DNA from: Candidatus Micrarchaeota archaeon
Lineage (GTDB): Archaea > Micrarchaeota > Micrarchaeia > Micrarchaeales > CABMGC01
Direction: 5' to 3'
NCBI GenBank assembly: GCA_028867135.1
Contig: JAGWGW010000003.1
Location: 12,553 to 76,552 of the forward strand
Length of the DNA stretch: 64,000 nt
Positions 1 through 8,060 of the stretch are shown here, piece by piece. The notes under the pieces were generated by a model. That model was not told where the DNA came from. It did no database searches and was given only the letters and a program-made list of their open reading frames with translations. How positions within the stretch are numbered: position 1 is the stretch's first letter; each line of letters starts with the position of its first letter. The translations under genes and the position numbers were made by a program.

Positions 1-156
1 CACATGAAAATCTCGAGCCCTTTGGAAGCGTACTCCATCAACGCGGAGCTGGGCCTTCCAGGCTTTGAGATGTATGAAAGCACCCCGACCCTCTCCGAGC
101 TTATGAACGAAGAGACGATTCTGGAATTCGTGCCCATGCTACCTGCCCCTCTTTGA
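1..156 (+). CDS. 3' end of an unidentified CDS entering from upstream of the window
   Basis: Frame 1 is open from position 1 to TGA at 154-156 (...EFVPMLPAPL*). Too short to assign. Absent from the ORF track (<60 aa). Confidence 0.25.
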   Translation, partial: HMKISSPLEAYSINAELGLPGFEMYESTPTLSELMNEETILEFVPMLPAPL

Positions 157-546
157 ATTGACAGGCCTCATGTACCTGTACAGGAGAAGCGCTATCGCGC
201 AGGTGAACGCCACCATTACTGGTACGGACAATGTCCTGAAATAGCTTATCTTGAGATACTCTGCCTTTCCCGCCTCGAACGCCTTGTCAGCGTAGGAAAC
301 AGCCTGGTCAGGAGCAACTCCTGATATCGCCTCTGATTTGTTGAGATAGGAATATGCAAGCGTCAGGTTTGGCTCGAAGACAAGGTACGCGCTGGAGTTC
401 ACCATCCTGAGATACGAGGAGACGTTGCTTATTATGGCGTTTGCCTGTGCAGGCGAGTAGTGTTGCGCCCCTATGCTTTCCGCGAACGCGGCTGATGGGA
501 TAAGGGTGATGAAGAGTATAAGGCTCCATCCCCTCAAAGGCATCAT
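139..546 (-). CDS. Small secreted or membrane-anchored hypothetical protein (135 aa)
   Basis: This is the C-terminal part of track ORF 139..1029. The ATG at 546 gives MMPLRGWSLILFITLIPSAAFA (signal-peptide-like) and a C-terminal hydrophobic anchor (VPVMVAFTCAIALLLY). It starts 5 nt after the tfb stop. The upstream part of the track ORF is antisense to tfb. Confidence 0.55.
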   Translation of the reverse strand: MMPLRGWSLILFITLIPSAAFAESIGAQHYSPAQANAIISNVSSYLRMVNSSAYLVFEPNLTLAYSYLNKSEAISGVAPDQAVSYADKAFEAGKAEYLKISYFRTLSVPVMVAFTCAIALLLYRYMRPVNSKRGR

Positions 547-551
547 ACCAT

Positions 552-1646
552 CTACAGGTTTACGTCTATGTTGAGCTCCTTCTTGAGCTCCCTGTACCTG
601 TTCCTTATCGTGACCTCTGTTACCCCTGCAACGTCGGCTACCTCCTTCTGCGTCCTTCTCTCGCCCACAAGCGCCCCGGCAATGTAGACCGCTGCTGCAG
701 AGACCCCAGTCGGGCTCCTTCCGCTCACCAGCCCTTTCTTCATCGCCTGCTTCAATAGCACCATCGCCTTCTCCTGCGCCTCTCCGCTGAGTTTCAGCGC
801 AGAGACATATCTGGGAACATAGCTTGACGGGTCTGTCAAAGGTATCCTGAGGCCAAGCTCGTGGGCTATGACCCTGAAGCTTCTGCCTATCTCCTTCTTC
901 GGGACCCCTGATATGGACGCTATCTCGTCCAGGGTCCTTGGCATCCCTGCCCTCCTGCAGACTGCGTACAATGCAGCGTTTACAACGGTCTCGATGGGCC
1001 TTCCCCTGATCAGGTTGTTCTTGACGCACTGCCTGTACAGCAATGCAGACTGCTCCCTTATGTTCTCGGGAAGTCCCAGGTAGCTTGCCACCCTGTTCAG
1101 TTCAGGAAGCGCGACAAGGTAGTTCCTCTCGCTCGAGCTTGCTATCGACGCCCTCTTGTGCCATTTCCTCATCCTGTAAAGCTGGGCCTGCCTCTTCGAA
1201 GGAAGCTTGGTCCCCCTTATGTCCTTGTTGTACATATCTATTTCTGTCACGAGACCCTTGTTCGGCTTCATGTACTTTATCGGCGCCCCGGTCCTGGCCC
1301 TGGCGTTTCTTTGATCGGTATCGAATGCCCTCCATTCAGGCCCTACATCGGTGACGTTCTCCTCTATCACGAGGCCGCAGTTGTTGCAGATATACTCCCC
1401 TTTCTCATTGTCGAAGATGATGTCGTTGCTGCCGCAGCTTGGGCAGTGCCTTGCTTCGTCTCTCCTTGAGGAGAAGCCCTTTCCAAGGGCCTCCACGTCG
1501 AGCATCGTCTCGTTTTTGAATGCAGGCTCAGCTTCCTGCTGCGACTGCCTGTGCTGCATCTGCTGAACCGGCCTCACCGCAATCCTGGGCCTGCTTGCAA
1601 CTGTTTTTGTCCTTTTTGTCTTTGTAGACTTCGCCATTTCCATCAC
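552..1646 (-). CDS. tfb: Transcription initiation factor IIB (TFB)
   Basis: Zn-ribbon CPSCGS...CNNCG followed by two cyclin-like repeats (...GRSPTGVSAAAVYIA...TEVTIRNRYREL). Carries an unusual basic/Q-rich N-terminal extension of about 65 aa. Alternative ATG starts at 1643 and 1637. Confidence 0.95.
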   Translation of the reverse strand: MMEMAKSTKTKRTKTVASRPRIAVRPVQQMQHRQSQQEAEPAFKNETMLDVEALGKGFSSRRDEARHCPSCGSNDIIFDNEKGEYICNNCGLVIEENVTDVGPEWRAFDTDQRNARARTGAPIKYMKPNKGLVTEIDMYNKDIRGTKLPSKRQAQLYRMRKWHKRASIASSSERNYLVALPELNRVASYLGLPENIREQSALLYRQCVKNNLIRGRPIETVVNAALYAVCRRAGMPRTLDEIASISGVPKKEIGRSFRVIAHELGLRIPLTDPSSYVPRYVSALKLSGEAQEKAMVLLKQAMKKGLVSGRSPTGVSAAAVYIAGALVGERRTQKEVADVAGVTEVTIRNRYRELKKELNIDVNL

Positions 1647-1660
1647 TTAGCATGTAGTAA

Positions 1661-1670
1661 TATCTTTAAA
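1661..1670 (-). promoter_or_regulatory. Putative TATA box for tfb
   Basis: The minus strand reads TTTAAAGATA about 20-25 nt upstream of the tfb ATG codons, spacing consistent with a short or leaderless transcript. Confidence 0.35.
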
Positions 1671-1738
1671 CCTTTCAAAAGAAGCATTAAGAATATTATG
1701 TAATAAGATATATAAAGCTTTCTGTGACCTTTACGAGG

Positions 1739-2920
1739 TTAAGCCGCCTTCAGCGCCGCAAGCTCCTCCTTGCGCGCAATGCTCTTCGCAAGGGCGATCT
1801 CGGCAGCCCTTGTTCTCATTGAGAACTCGTCAGACTCTGTTATGAGGCCGGCGGTGCTAAGCAGTCTGTAGTGGCTCCTGCCGTACATGTCCAGAAGCCC
1901 TCCGAGACCGCTGCCCTTCATGTGCATGTGCATCTCCTCCCTGGTTATGGCGGTGGGCTCCTTGCCGATCCTCTCAACAATCCACCAAACGGCCTCGATG
2001 ACATTCTCGACATTCCTGAAGAAGCCAGGCTGCACCCTGTTCATCTCCCAGGATTTTATGCCCAACTCCGGAAAGGCTTCGCATACCGCTTTGTAAGGGC
2101 TTGAGCTATAATAGTGATAGAGCATGCCTTCAAGCCTGTGCTTCTTGAAATGCGCTCTCTTGAGTTTCCGCGGGTCCCTCGCAGTCTTCTCTGTAAGCCA
2201 TCTTATGGCTTCGATGCGGGTCTCCCTGGATTCATACGTGTGGTTGGGGGTGTGTTTCATCTCCCAAGGCCTTATATCGCGTTCAGGATACGCCTCGCTT
2301 ATGGCAGCGTATGGGCTGTTGTTGTGGTACGTCATGAGCGACCTGAGCCTGTTGTTTACGAAATCGTTCCAAGAGGCATTGCGCGGCTTGATGCCTAACT
2401 TCTCCTCTATGAGCCATCTGGTGGCCCTGATCCTGTTCTCCTTGCTGTCAAAGAAATGGGCCGACGTAACCGACATCTCCCAAGGTTTTATCGCAAGTTC
2501 TGGGAAGGCTTCAGAGACGGCTTTGTAAGGGCTGCCGCTGAAGTATTCGTTAAGAAGCCCTTCAAGCCTGTTGCTTATGAATTGCTCCTGGCTCGCATCC
2601 TTGGGGTCCATCTTCAAGACCTCCATGAAAAGGAAACGGACCGCGCTTGATCTCGATTTCGGCTTAAACTTCCACTGGGCAGGGGTCAGTTCAACATTTT
2701 CGCCTTCTCTCCTGTACCATCCTTTCATCATCCAGAAGTCATCCATCGTTCTCTGCCTCACCCTTCTTATGATGGGCACGCCGTCCACTACTACCCTCTC
2801 GTATTCCCGCCTTAGCTTTTCTATCGAGGTTTCCCCAGGCCTGTGTACCGACTTTAGGATTTGTCTGAGTTCGTGCTCCTCAAGCGCCCTTGACTTGTAT
2901 CTCTCCGCAAGATGAGCCAT
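1739..2920 (-). CDS. Hypothetical protein with at least 3 tandem internal repeats of about 75 aa
   Basis: Repeat core seen three times: SPYKAVSEAFPELAIKPWEM / SPYAAISEAYPERDIRPWEM / SPYKAVCEAFPELGIKSWEM. Each is followed by ...R(I/V)xA(T/I/V)xWL/WI... I cannot name the family. Confidence 0.7.
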   Translation of the reverse strand: MAHLAERYKSRALEEHELRQILKSVHRPGETSIEKLRREYERVVVDGVPIIRRVRQRTMDDFWMMKGWYRREGENVELTPAQWKFKPKSRSSAVRFLFMEVLKMDPKDASQEQFISNRLEGLLNEYFSGSPYKAVSEAFPELAIKPWEMSVTSAHFFDSKENRIRATRWLIEEKLGIKPRNASWNDFVNNRLRSLMTYHNNSPYAAISEAYPERDIRPWEMKHTPNHTYESRETRIEAIRWLTEKTARDPRKLKRAHFKKHRLEGMLYHYYSSSPYKAVCEAFPELGIKSWEMNRVQPGFFRNVENVIEAVWWIVERIGKEPTAITREEMHMHMKGSGLGGLLDMYGRSHYRLLSTAGLITESDEFSMRTRAAEIALAKSIARKEELAALKAA

Positions 2921-2996
2921 AGGATATGGTGAAACTAGGAGATATTTTAAGCTTGCGGAACCCTCTGGAATAACGACGAGGTACCCGGAAAGCGGC

Positions 2997-3638
2997 TCAG
3001 CTGCGGCCCTTGCCTATGGGCATGAACCCCAGCCACAGGAGCGCTATCCCGGCAAGCTCCGCGAAATATAGGAACGCTGGGAATGAGGCTATGTAAAGCG
3101 TGCCAGCGGCGCTGACTACGACGACCCCTGCGACGATGCTGAGCATCCTGGCGTTCTTCGTGGAAAGGTAGCTCTTGAGCGCTACTCCAACTATTACGAT
3201 CGCTGCTGGAAAGGTCGCAAGGGACGACGAGATGATCACGAGCTGCGGAAGTGCACCGTATACAACGCCGTCTATTACTATGTTGCCGATGCTAGTCGCG
3301 ATAAGGGAATAGGCGACAAAGACAGTAATCAGAGCAGTATACGCATAAAAGAGGTTCTTCAGCATTCTCGACTTTATGAGCTGCATGGAGCCCAGCGCAA
3401 GGATCTCCACGAGCAGCGCGACTGAGAAAAGATAGATGTTGCCGAGAAGCTGCGAGTACACGCCGTACGCGAAGAGCACCTCGAGCATGACCCCGAACGC
3501 GAATAGCCACATGCCTACGGACCAGAACAGCATGCTCGCCTTCCTCGAGTTCCTCCATTTTAGCGTCAGCATTATCGCAAGTAGAAGGCTGAGCACGAAG
3601 ACCGCTATAGTTGATAGCTCAGTTGCAGCAGGGGCCAT
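2997..3638 (-). CDS. Polytopic membrane protein, function unknown
   Basis: 213 aa, about 7 hydrophobic segments, no recognisable motif. Confidence 0.6.
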   Translation of the reverse strand: MAPAATELSTIAVFVLSLLLAIMLTLKWRNSRKASMLFWSVGMWLFAFGVMLEVLFAYGVYSQLLGNIYLFSVALLVEILALGSMQLIKSRMLKNLFYAYTALITVFVAYSLIATSIGNIVIDGVVYGALPQLVIISSSLATFPAAIVIVGVALKSYLSTKNARMLSIVAGVVVVSAAGTLYIASFPAFLYFAELAGIALLWLGFMPIGKGRS

Positions 3639-3692
3639 GCAGGATATGTGGGCAAGCTTTTATAATAAGCTAATCTTCATAGATTAGGTATT

Positions 3693-4742
3693 ATGGAGCA
3701 CGGCAGCGCTACGGCCACAGCATCGCCCAACATAGCATTCGTAAAGTACTGGGGCAAGAGGGACGAGGAGCTTATACTTCCGTACAATTCCTCGGTAAGC
3801 ATGACCCTCGACGACTCGCTCAATACAGTAACCAGCGTCCTATTCTCAAAGGAGCTCAACGCTGACCGCTTTTTCATAAACGGGGAGGAACAAGATCTGT
3901 CGGACAATGATATAGCAGAAAGGTTCAAGGTGGTGGGCATCATGAGAAGGAAGGCGGGCAGCGCCGATCATGTGCTTGTAGTGTCTAGGAACTCCTTCCC
4001 TACCGCGAGCGGGCTTGCTTCGAGCGCTTCTGGCACCGCTGCGCTTGCGTACGCATGCAGCAGGGCGCTAGGCCTGAAGCTGAGCGCGAAGGAGCTGTCC
4101 ATCATCGCAAGACAGGGAAGCGGCAGCTCGTGCAGGAGCATTCTTGGCGGCATAGTCGTGTGGAAGAAGGGAAGGAATGCCGACGGAAGCGATTCCTATG
4201 CTAAAAGGATTGCAAAAAAGGAGCAGTGGCCAGACCTTATCGACATAATAGCAATAGTCTCAACTGAGAGGAAGAGGGTGCTGTCGAGATCCGGCATGCA
4301 GCAGACCGTGGAGAGCAGCAGCCTGTTCAAGGCAAGGGCGAAGTTCGCGGAAAGGAACTCTAGGGATTTTGCCAAGGCTGTAAAGTCAAAGGACTTCGAT
4401 TCGATGGCCAGCATAATAATGAAGGAAAGCAATGACATGCACGCTGTGATGCTCGACACCTATCCCCCGATAATCTACCTGAACGACGTTTCAAAGGAGA
4501 TAATAGCGGCAATACACGGGCTCAACGAATCCTCAGGAAAGGCGCTTGCAGCGTACACGTTCGACGCGGGCCCCAACGCCCACATAATAACGCTTAAGGG
4601 CAACGAGGAAGCTGTGAGGAATGCGCTCAGCAGGGTGGATGGAATAAGGGAGACGATCACCGCGGGAATAGGCAGCGGGCCGCGAGCGCTATCAGAGAAG
4701 GATTCCCTGATAGACATGGAAAGGCTCATGCCGAAGAGCTGA
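3693..4742 (+). CDS. mvaD: Diphosphomevalonate decarboxylase family (GHMP)
   Basis: ASPNIAFVKYWGKRD, GLASSASG, and AYTFDAGPNAHI with the catalytic Asp retained. Convergent with the PMK/MVK genes. Confidence 0.85.
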   Translation: MEHGSATATASPNIAFVKYWGKRDEELILPYNSSVSMTLDDSLNTVTSVLFSKELNADRFFINGEEQDLSDNDIAERFKVVGIMRRKAGSADHVLVVSRNSFPTASGLASSASGTAALAYACSRALGLKLSAKELSIIARQGSGSSCRSILGGIVVWKKGRNADGSDSYAKRIAKKEQWPDLIDIIAIVSTERKRVLSRSGMQQTVESSSLFKARAKFAERNSRDFAKAVKSKDFDSMASIIMKESNDMHAVMLDTYPPIIYLNDVSKEIIAAIHGLNESSGKALAAYTFDAGPNAHIITLKGNEEAVRNALSRVDGIRETITAGIGSGPRALSEKDSLIDMERLMPKS

Positions 4743-5892
4743 AGCCGCTGTTGCCTATCCTTACATCGATCACGGAAAGCGATTTGTTTGCGCCCCAGAA
4801 TTTCCTGAGCGCCTTTTCCCCGCCGCCTATGGAAAGGGCCGCGATTGCATCCATTCCGCCCGCCCCTGGAAGCTTTGCAACAAAAGCCCCGTTCTTACAG
4901 CTCTCCTCTATGAGCCTCGTGCAGTAATCGTCCTCTATGCCCACGCCGCTTTCAACACCAAGCTCCTTCGTGGCAAATCTGCCTTCGTTGAACGAGGTTT
5001 TGAACTCGTCAAGGCTCCTTTCATTCGAGCCGTCCTTCCCTATCCTCCTCAATGCCTCTATTGATCTTGATGCTGCAGAGTTTATCGATGCCATCAGCTC
5101 GACGTACTTCGATGGATTCCTCTTCTTGAAATCAAAAACCTTTGATATCGCCATCTTCGTGGACATTCCCTCCCCTACGAAGCTTGCGTAGCTCGTCCTG
5201 AATATGCCCGGCATGGAGAATCTCTCGATCTTGTAGTCCCAATCCCTCTTTATCAAGCCGAGGAGTTCCTCAGGCGAATAATCCGTTGGGAAGCCGCTCG
5301 TTATCTCGGGTGTATATCTCTCGTAGATTATCGTTCCGTGGGTTGCTGCGGCTATGTCAAAGCCGCTGCTTGTCTTGCCTGTAGCCACGCTGTGCGACAG
5401 TTGTGACAGCTTGTGCAAGCAGTCATCCTTGCCTGTATCCACACCGTACGCATGCAATACGGCGCCTATGGTCGCGACAGTCACCGCTGCGCTGCTTCCG
5501 AGCCCGCTCTTCGAGAGCTTCCCGTTTGTCATGGAGTAGGAGAACCCGGGATCGTTATATGCCGCAACCTCCATGCCGCCCAGCCTGATTCCAAGGGCAG
5601 AGACATAAGAAAGCGAAAGCTCGACAGCTGTCCTGAACAGCTCCATCTCCTCCGATGTCCTTATCTCAAACCTGCTGTTGTCTGCTATTGTTCCTGTCGC
5701 TGTCTCGTTGAGTGATATGGAGTTGAGCACGAGCTTCATGCCGTCGAGTTTCTTTACCTCTACGTTTACATACGAATCGACTGTGGTGACGAAGCCCTTG
5801 TTCGGCTTTTCAAGCGCAGAATAGCCTCCCAGCCACAGAATCTTGCCTGGTGCCTTTGCTTTGGAGCCTAACATGAAGAATACACCTGTCAA
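4726..5892 (-). CDS. Phosphomevalonate kinase (ERG8-type GHMP kinase)
   Basis: KAPGKILWLGGYSALE N-terminal motif and the GHMP motif SKSGLGSSAAVTVATIGAVL. The start may be the internal MLGSKAKAPGK. Overlaps mvk by 4 nt. Confidence 0.75.
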   Translation of the reverse strand: MTGVFFMLGSKAKAPGKILWLGGYSALEKPNKGFVTTVDSYVNVEVKKLDGMKLVLNSISLNETATGTIADNSRFEIRTSEEMELFRTAVELSLSYVSALGIRLGGMEVAAYNDPGFSYSMTNGKLSKSGLGSSAAVTVATIGAVLHAYGVDTGKDDCLHKLSQLSHSVATGKTSSGFDIAAATHGTIIYERYTPEITSGFPTDYSPEELLGLIKRDWDYKIERFSMPGIFRTSYASFVGEGMSTKMAISKVFDFKKRNPSKYVELMASINSAASRSIEALRRIGKDGSNERSLDEFKTSFNEGRFATKELGVESGVGIEDDYCTRLIEESCKNGAFVAKLPGAGGMDAIAALSIGGGEKALRKFWGANKSLSVIDVRIGNSGFSSSA

Positions 5893-7007
5893 AGGTATTT
5901 CACAGCGCCGTCAACCCCTGTCCTTGAATCGTAAACTGTGAAGCCTTCATCCACGAGCCTCTTGGTAAACTTAGGGTCCTTCCTTTCCATCAGTATAACG
6001 CCTATGCCACCACCTCCTCCTCCGCTTAGCTTCGCCCCGAGCGCCTTGCCCTTCTTTGCTATCTCGACCAGCCTGTCAAGGCTAGGGCTTGAGACGCCAA
6101 GCTTTACCAGCAGCTCCTGGTCCCTGAACATCAGCTTTCCCAGCGATTCGAGGTCCATGCTCTTCAGAGCTTCAAGTCCCTTTGACGAGCAATCGTCTAT
6201 CTCCTCAAATATCCGATCGGCATACTTTTTCCTCTTTTTGTATAGCTCGGCAACGCTGCCTACAGTCTCAGCTGTGCTTTTTTTAGGTCCCGTGTTGACT
6301 ATCATGACGTTCAGGCTCTTCCCTATCCTCTCGCGCTGCACGCCCCTCTCCTTCTTGTAGCTCACGTAGCCCCCGTAGAACGACGCGTTGACGTCTATCA
6401 TGCCTGCGCCCTCGTTCCTGTGCAGTATCCTGTCCCCATCCCTTGCCACATCGACGACCTTGCCCTCATCCATCCTTATTCCAGATTCCTTTACAAGGAG
6501 GACTGTAAATGACGTTGAGAATGCGGAGCTGCTTCCGAGGCCTGCCTGGATCGGTATCTCGGATTCGATGCTTATCTCTTTGCCCAGCACGTTCGCGCCG
6601 TATTCGTTTTGCAATCTTGCCGCAATGGTGCCGAATGGCAGCATCAGCTGCGGTACAGCCGCGTTTCCGTGTATGTATTCGTTTATGTTCCTCTTGTTCT
6701 TGTACCTTGTATAGATGTAGGTGAGCTGCTCCCCGGAGAATTCGTACGAGGACTTGAAGTCCTTCAGGACTATCCTCAACGCTCTGCTGCCAGCCTTGCT
6801 CGACTTTGCGCTTGCGAACAGGTCAACTGCAGCAGCTACGGCCAGCTTCCCGTATACTACCGCATGCTCCCCGAACAGCTTCACATTGGCAGGCGCCCTT
6901 ACCTCCAACACACCACTATAAGGGAATCGGCGAATAGATTTTAATAGTGCTCTGATGGATACGTCCCGACGCGAAGCGCCCCTGTAAAAGCTTATAATAT
7001 ATGCCAT
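5889..7007 (-). CDS. mvk: Mevalonate kinase
   Basis: APANVKLFGEHAVVYG, PIQAGLGSSSAFS and KLSGGGGGG motifs. The true start may lie downstream of 7007. Confidence 0.85.
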   Translation of the reverse strand: MAYIISFYRGASRRDVSIRALLKSIRRFPYSGVLEVRAPANVKLFGEHAVVYGKLAVAAAVDLFASAKSSKAGSRALRIVLKDFKSSYEFSGEQLTYIYTRYKNKRNINEYIHGNAAVPQLMLPFGTIAARLQNEYGANVLGKEISIESEIPIQAGLGSSSAFSTSFTVLLVKESGIRMDEGKVVDVARDGDRILHRNEGAGMIDVNASFYGGYVSYKKERGVQRERIGKSLNVMIVNTGPKKSTAETVGSVAELYKKRKKYADRIFEEIDDCSSKGLEALKSMDLESLGKLMFRDQELLVKLGVSSPSLDRLVEIAKKGKALGAKLSGGGGGGIGVILMERKDPKFTKRLVDEGFTVYDSRTGVDGAVKYL

Positions 7008-7038
7008 TTACATTGTAGTACAATTCTCAGGGTTCAGG

Positions 7039-7992
7039 ATGGCGAACGACTTGAAGGGCTCCTTGCTTGCAAGGCACGTGAAGGAGATAAAGCTGAAGAA
7101 GCGGATGCGTGTCAGCGAGCTCATCGATAGCATGAAGGAGATGGGAGGCTTCTCTGGCCAGAACCTCGTCAACGGCATAGACATTGCAAGGCGCATGCTT
7201 GATGACAAGGACTCGTACAACTTCCTCTCCTTTCCCGCAGACATAATCTCAACAGGCATGAGGGGCATGATAGCCGATTCCGTAAAATACTTCGATGCGA
7301 TAATGACAACATGCGGAACGATCGACCACGACCTTGCGAGAGCGTATGGGGGCAAGTACAGCATAGGAAGCTTCGAGGCGGACGATAGCAGGCTCCACCA
7401 GATGTCGATATACAGGCTCGGGAACATCTTCATAGAAAGCAAGGAGTACGGCGAGGCTGTCGAGAAGCATTTCAACAAGATAATGAATGACATCTATTCG
7501 TCGAAGGATTACAAGAAGGAATACAGCCCGAGCGAGCTTCTCAGGGAATTCGGGAAAAGGATAAAGGACAGGTCATCGATACTCAGGCAGGCATACCTGA
7601 ACGACGTACCGATCTTCAATCCCGGAATAGTGGACGGCGCGTTCGGGACCCAGCTTGTGCTGTTCTCGCAGGACCACGACTTCAAGCTCAATCTCATCAG
7701 GGACGAGCTCGCGCTCAGCAACATAGCCTTCGATAACAAGGTCACAGGAGCGCTCATGGTCGGAGGAGGGATAAGCAAGCACCACGTAATATGGTGGAAC
7801 CAGTTCAAGGGCGGCCTTGATTATGCGGTGTACATAACTACAGCAAGCCAGTACGACGGAAGCCTTTCGGGGGCAAGGCTGACAGAGGCGGTGTCATGGG
7901 GAAAGGTCAAGGAGAAGGCGAAGTACGTCACAATAGACGGCGACGCCACGATAATAATGCCCATAATGTTCTCCGCGCTCGGACTGGTATGA
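7039..7992 (+). CDS. dys: Deoxyhypusine synthase
   Basis: 317 aa; ...MTTCGTIDHDL..., GGGISKHHV, SWGKV motifs typical of DHS. Confidence 0.85.
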   Translation: MANDLKGSLLARHVKEIKLKKRMRVSELIDSMKEMGGFSGQNLVNGIDIARRMLDDKDSYNFLSFPADIISTGMRGMIADSVKYFDAIMTTCGTIDHDLARAYGGKYSIGSFEADDSRLHQMSIYRLGNIFIESKEYGEAVEKHFNKIMNDIYSSKDYKKEYSPSELLREFGKRIKDRSSILRQAYLNDVPIFNPGIVDGAFGTQLVLFSQDHDFKLNLIRDELALSNIAFDNKVTGALMVGGGISKHHVIWWNQFKGGLDYAVYITTASQYDGSLSGARLTEAVSWGKVKEKAKYVTIDGDATIIMPIMFSALGLV

Positions 7993-8060
7993 TGCAGAAG
8001 CGAACCTGGCGCAAATTATAAATCTTTATAAAAGCGTTCTTATCCATATAGTATTGGCCA

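Noticed and set aside
547-1029. Upstream 161 codons of track ORF 139..1029 (R/G/E-rich translation)
   Set aside because: This part is entirely antisense to the well-supported tfb gene and has non-protein-like composition. Only the part from the ATG at 546 (signal peptide onward) is kept.
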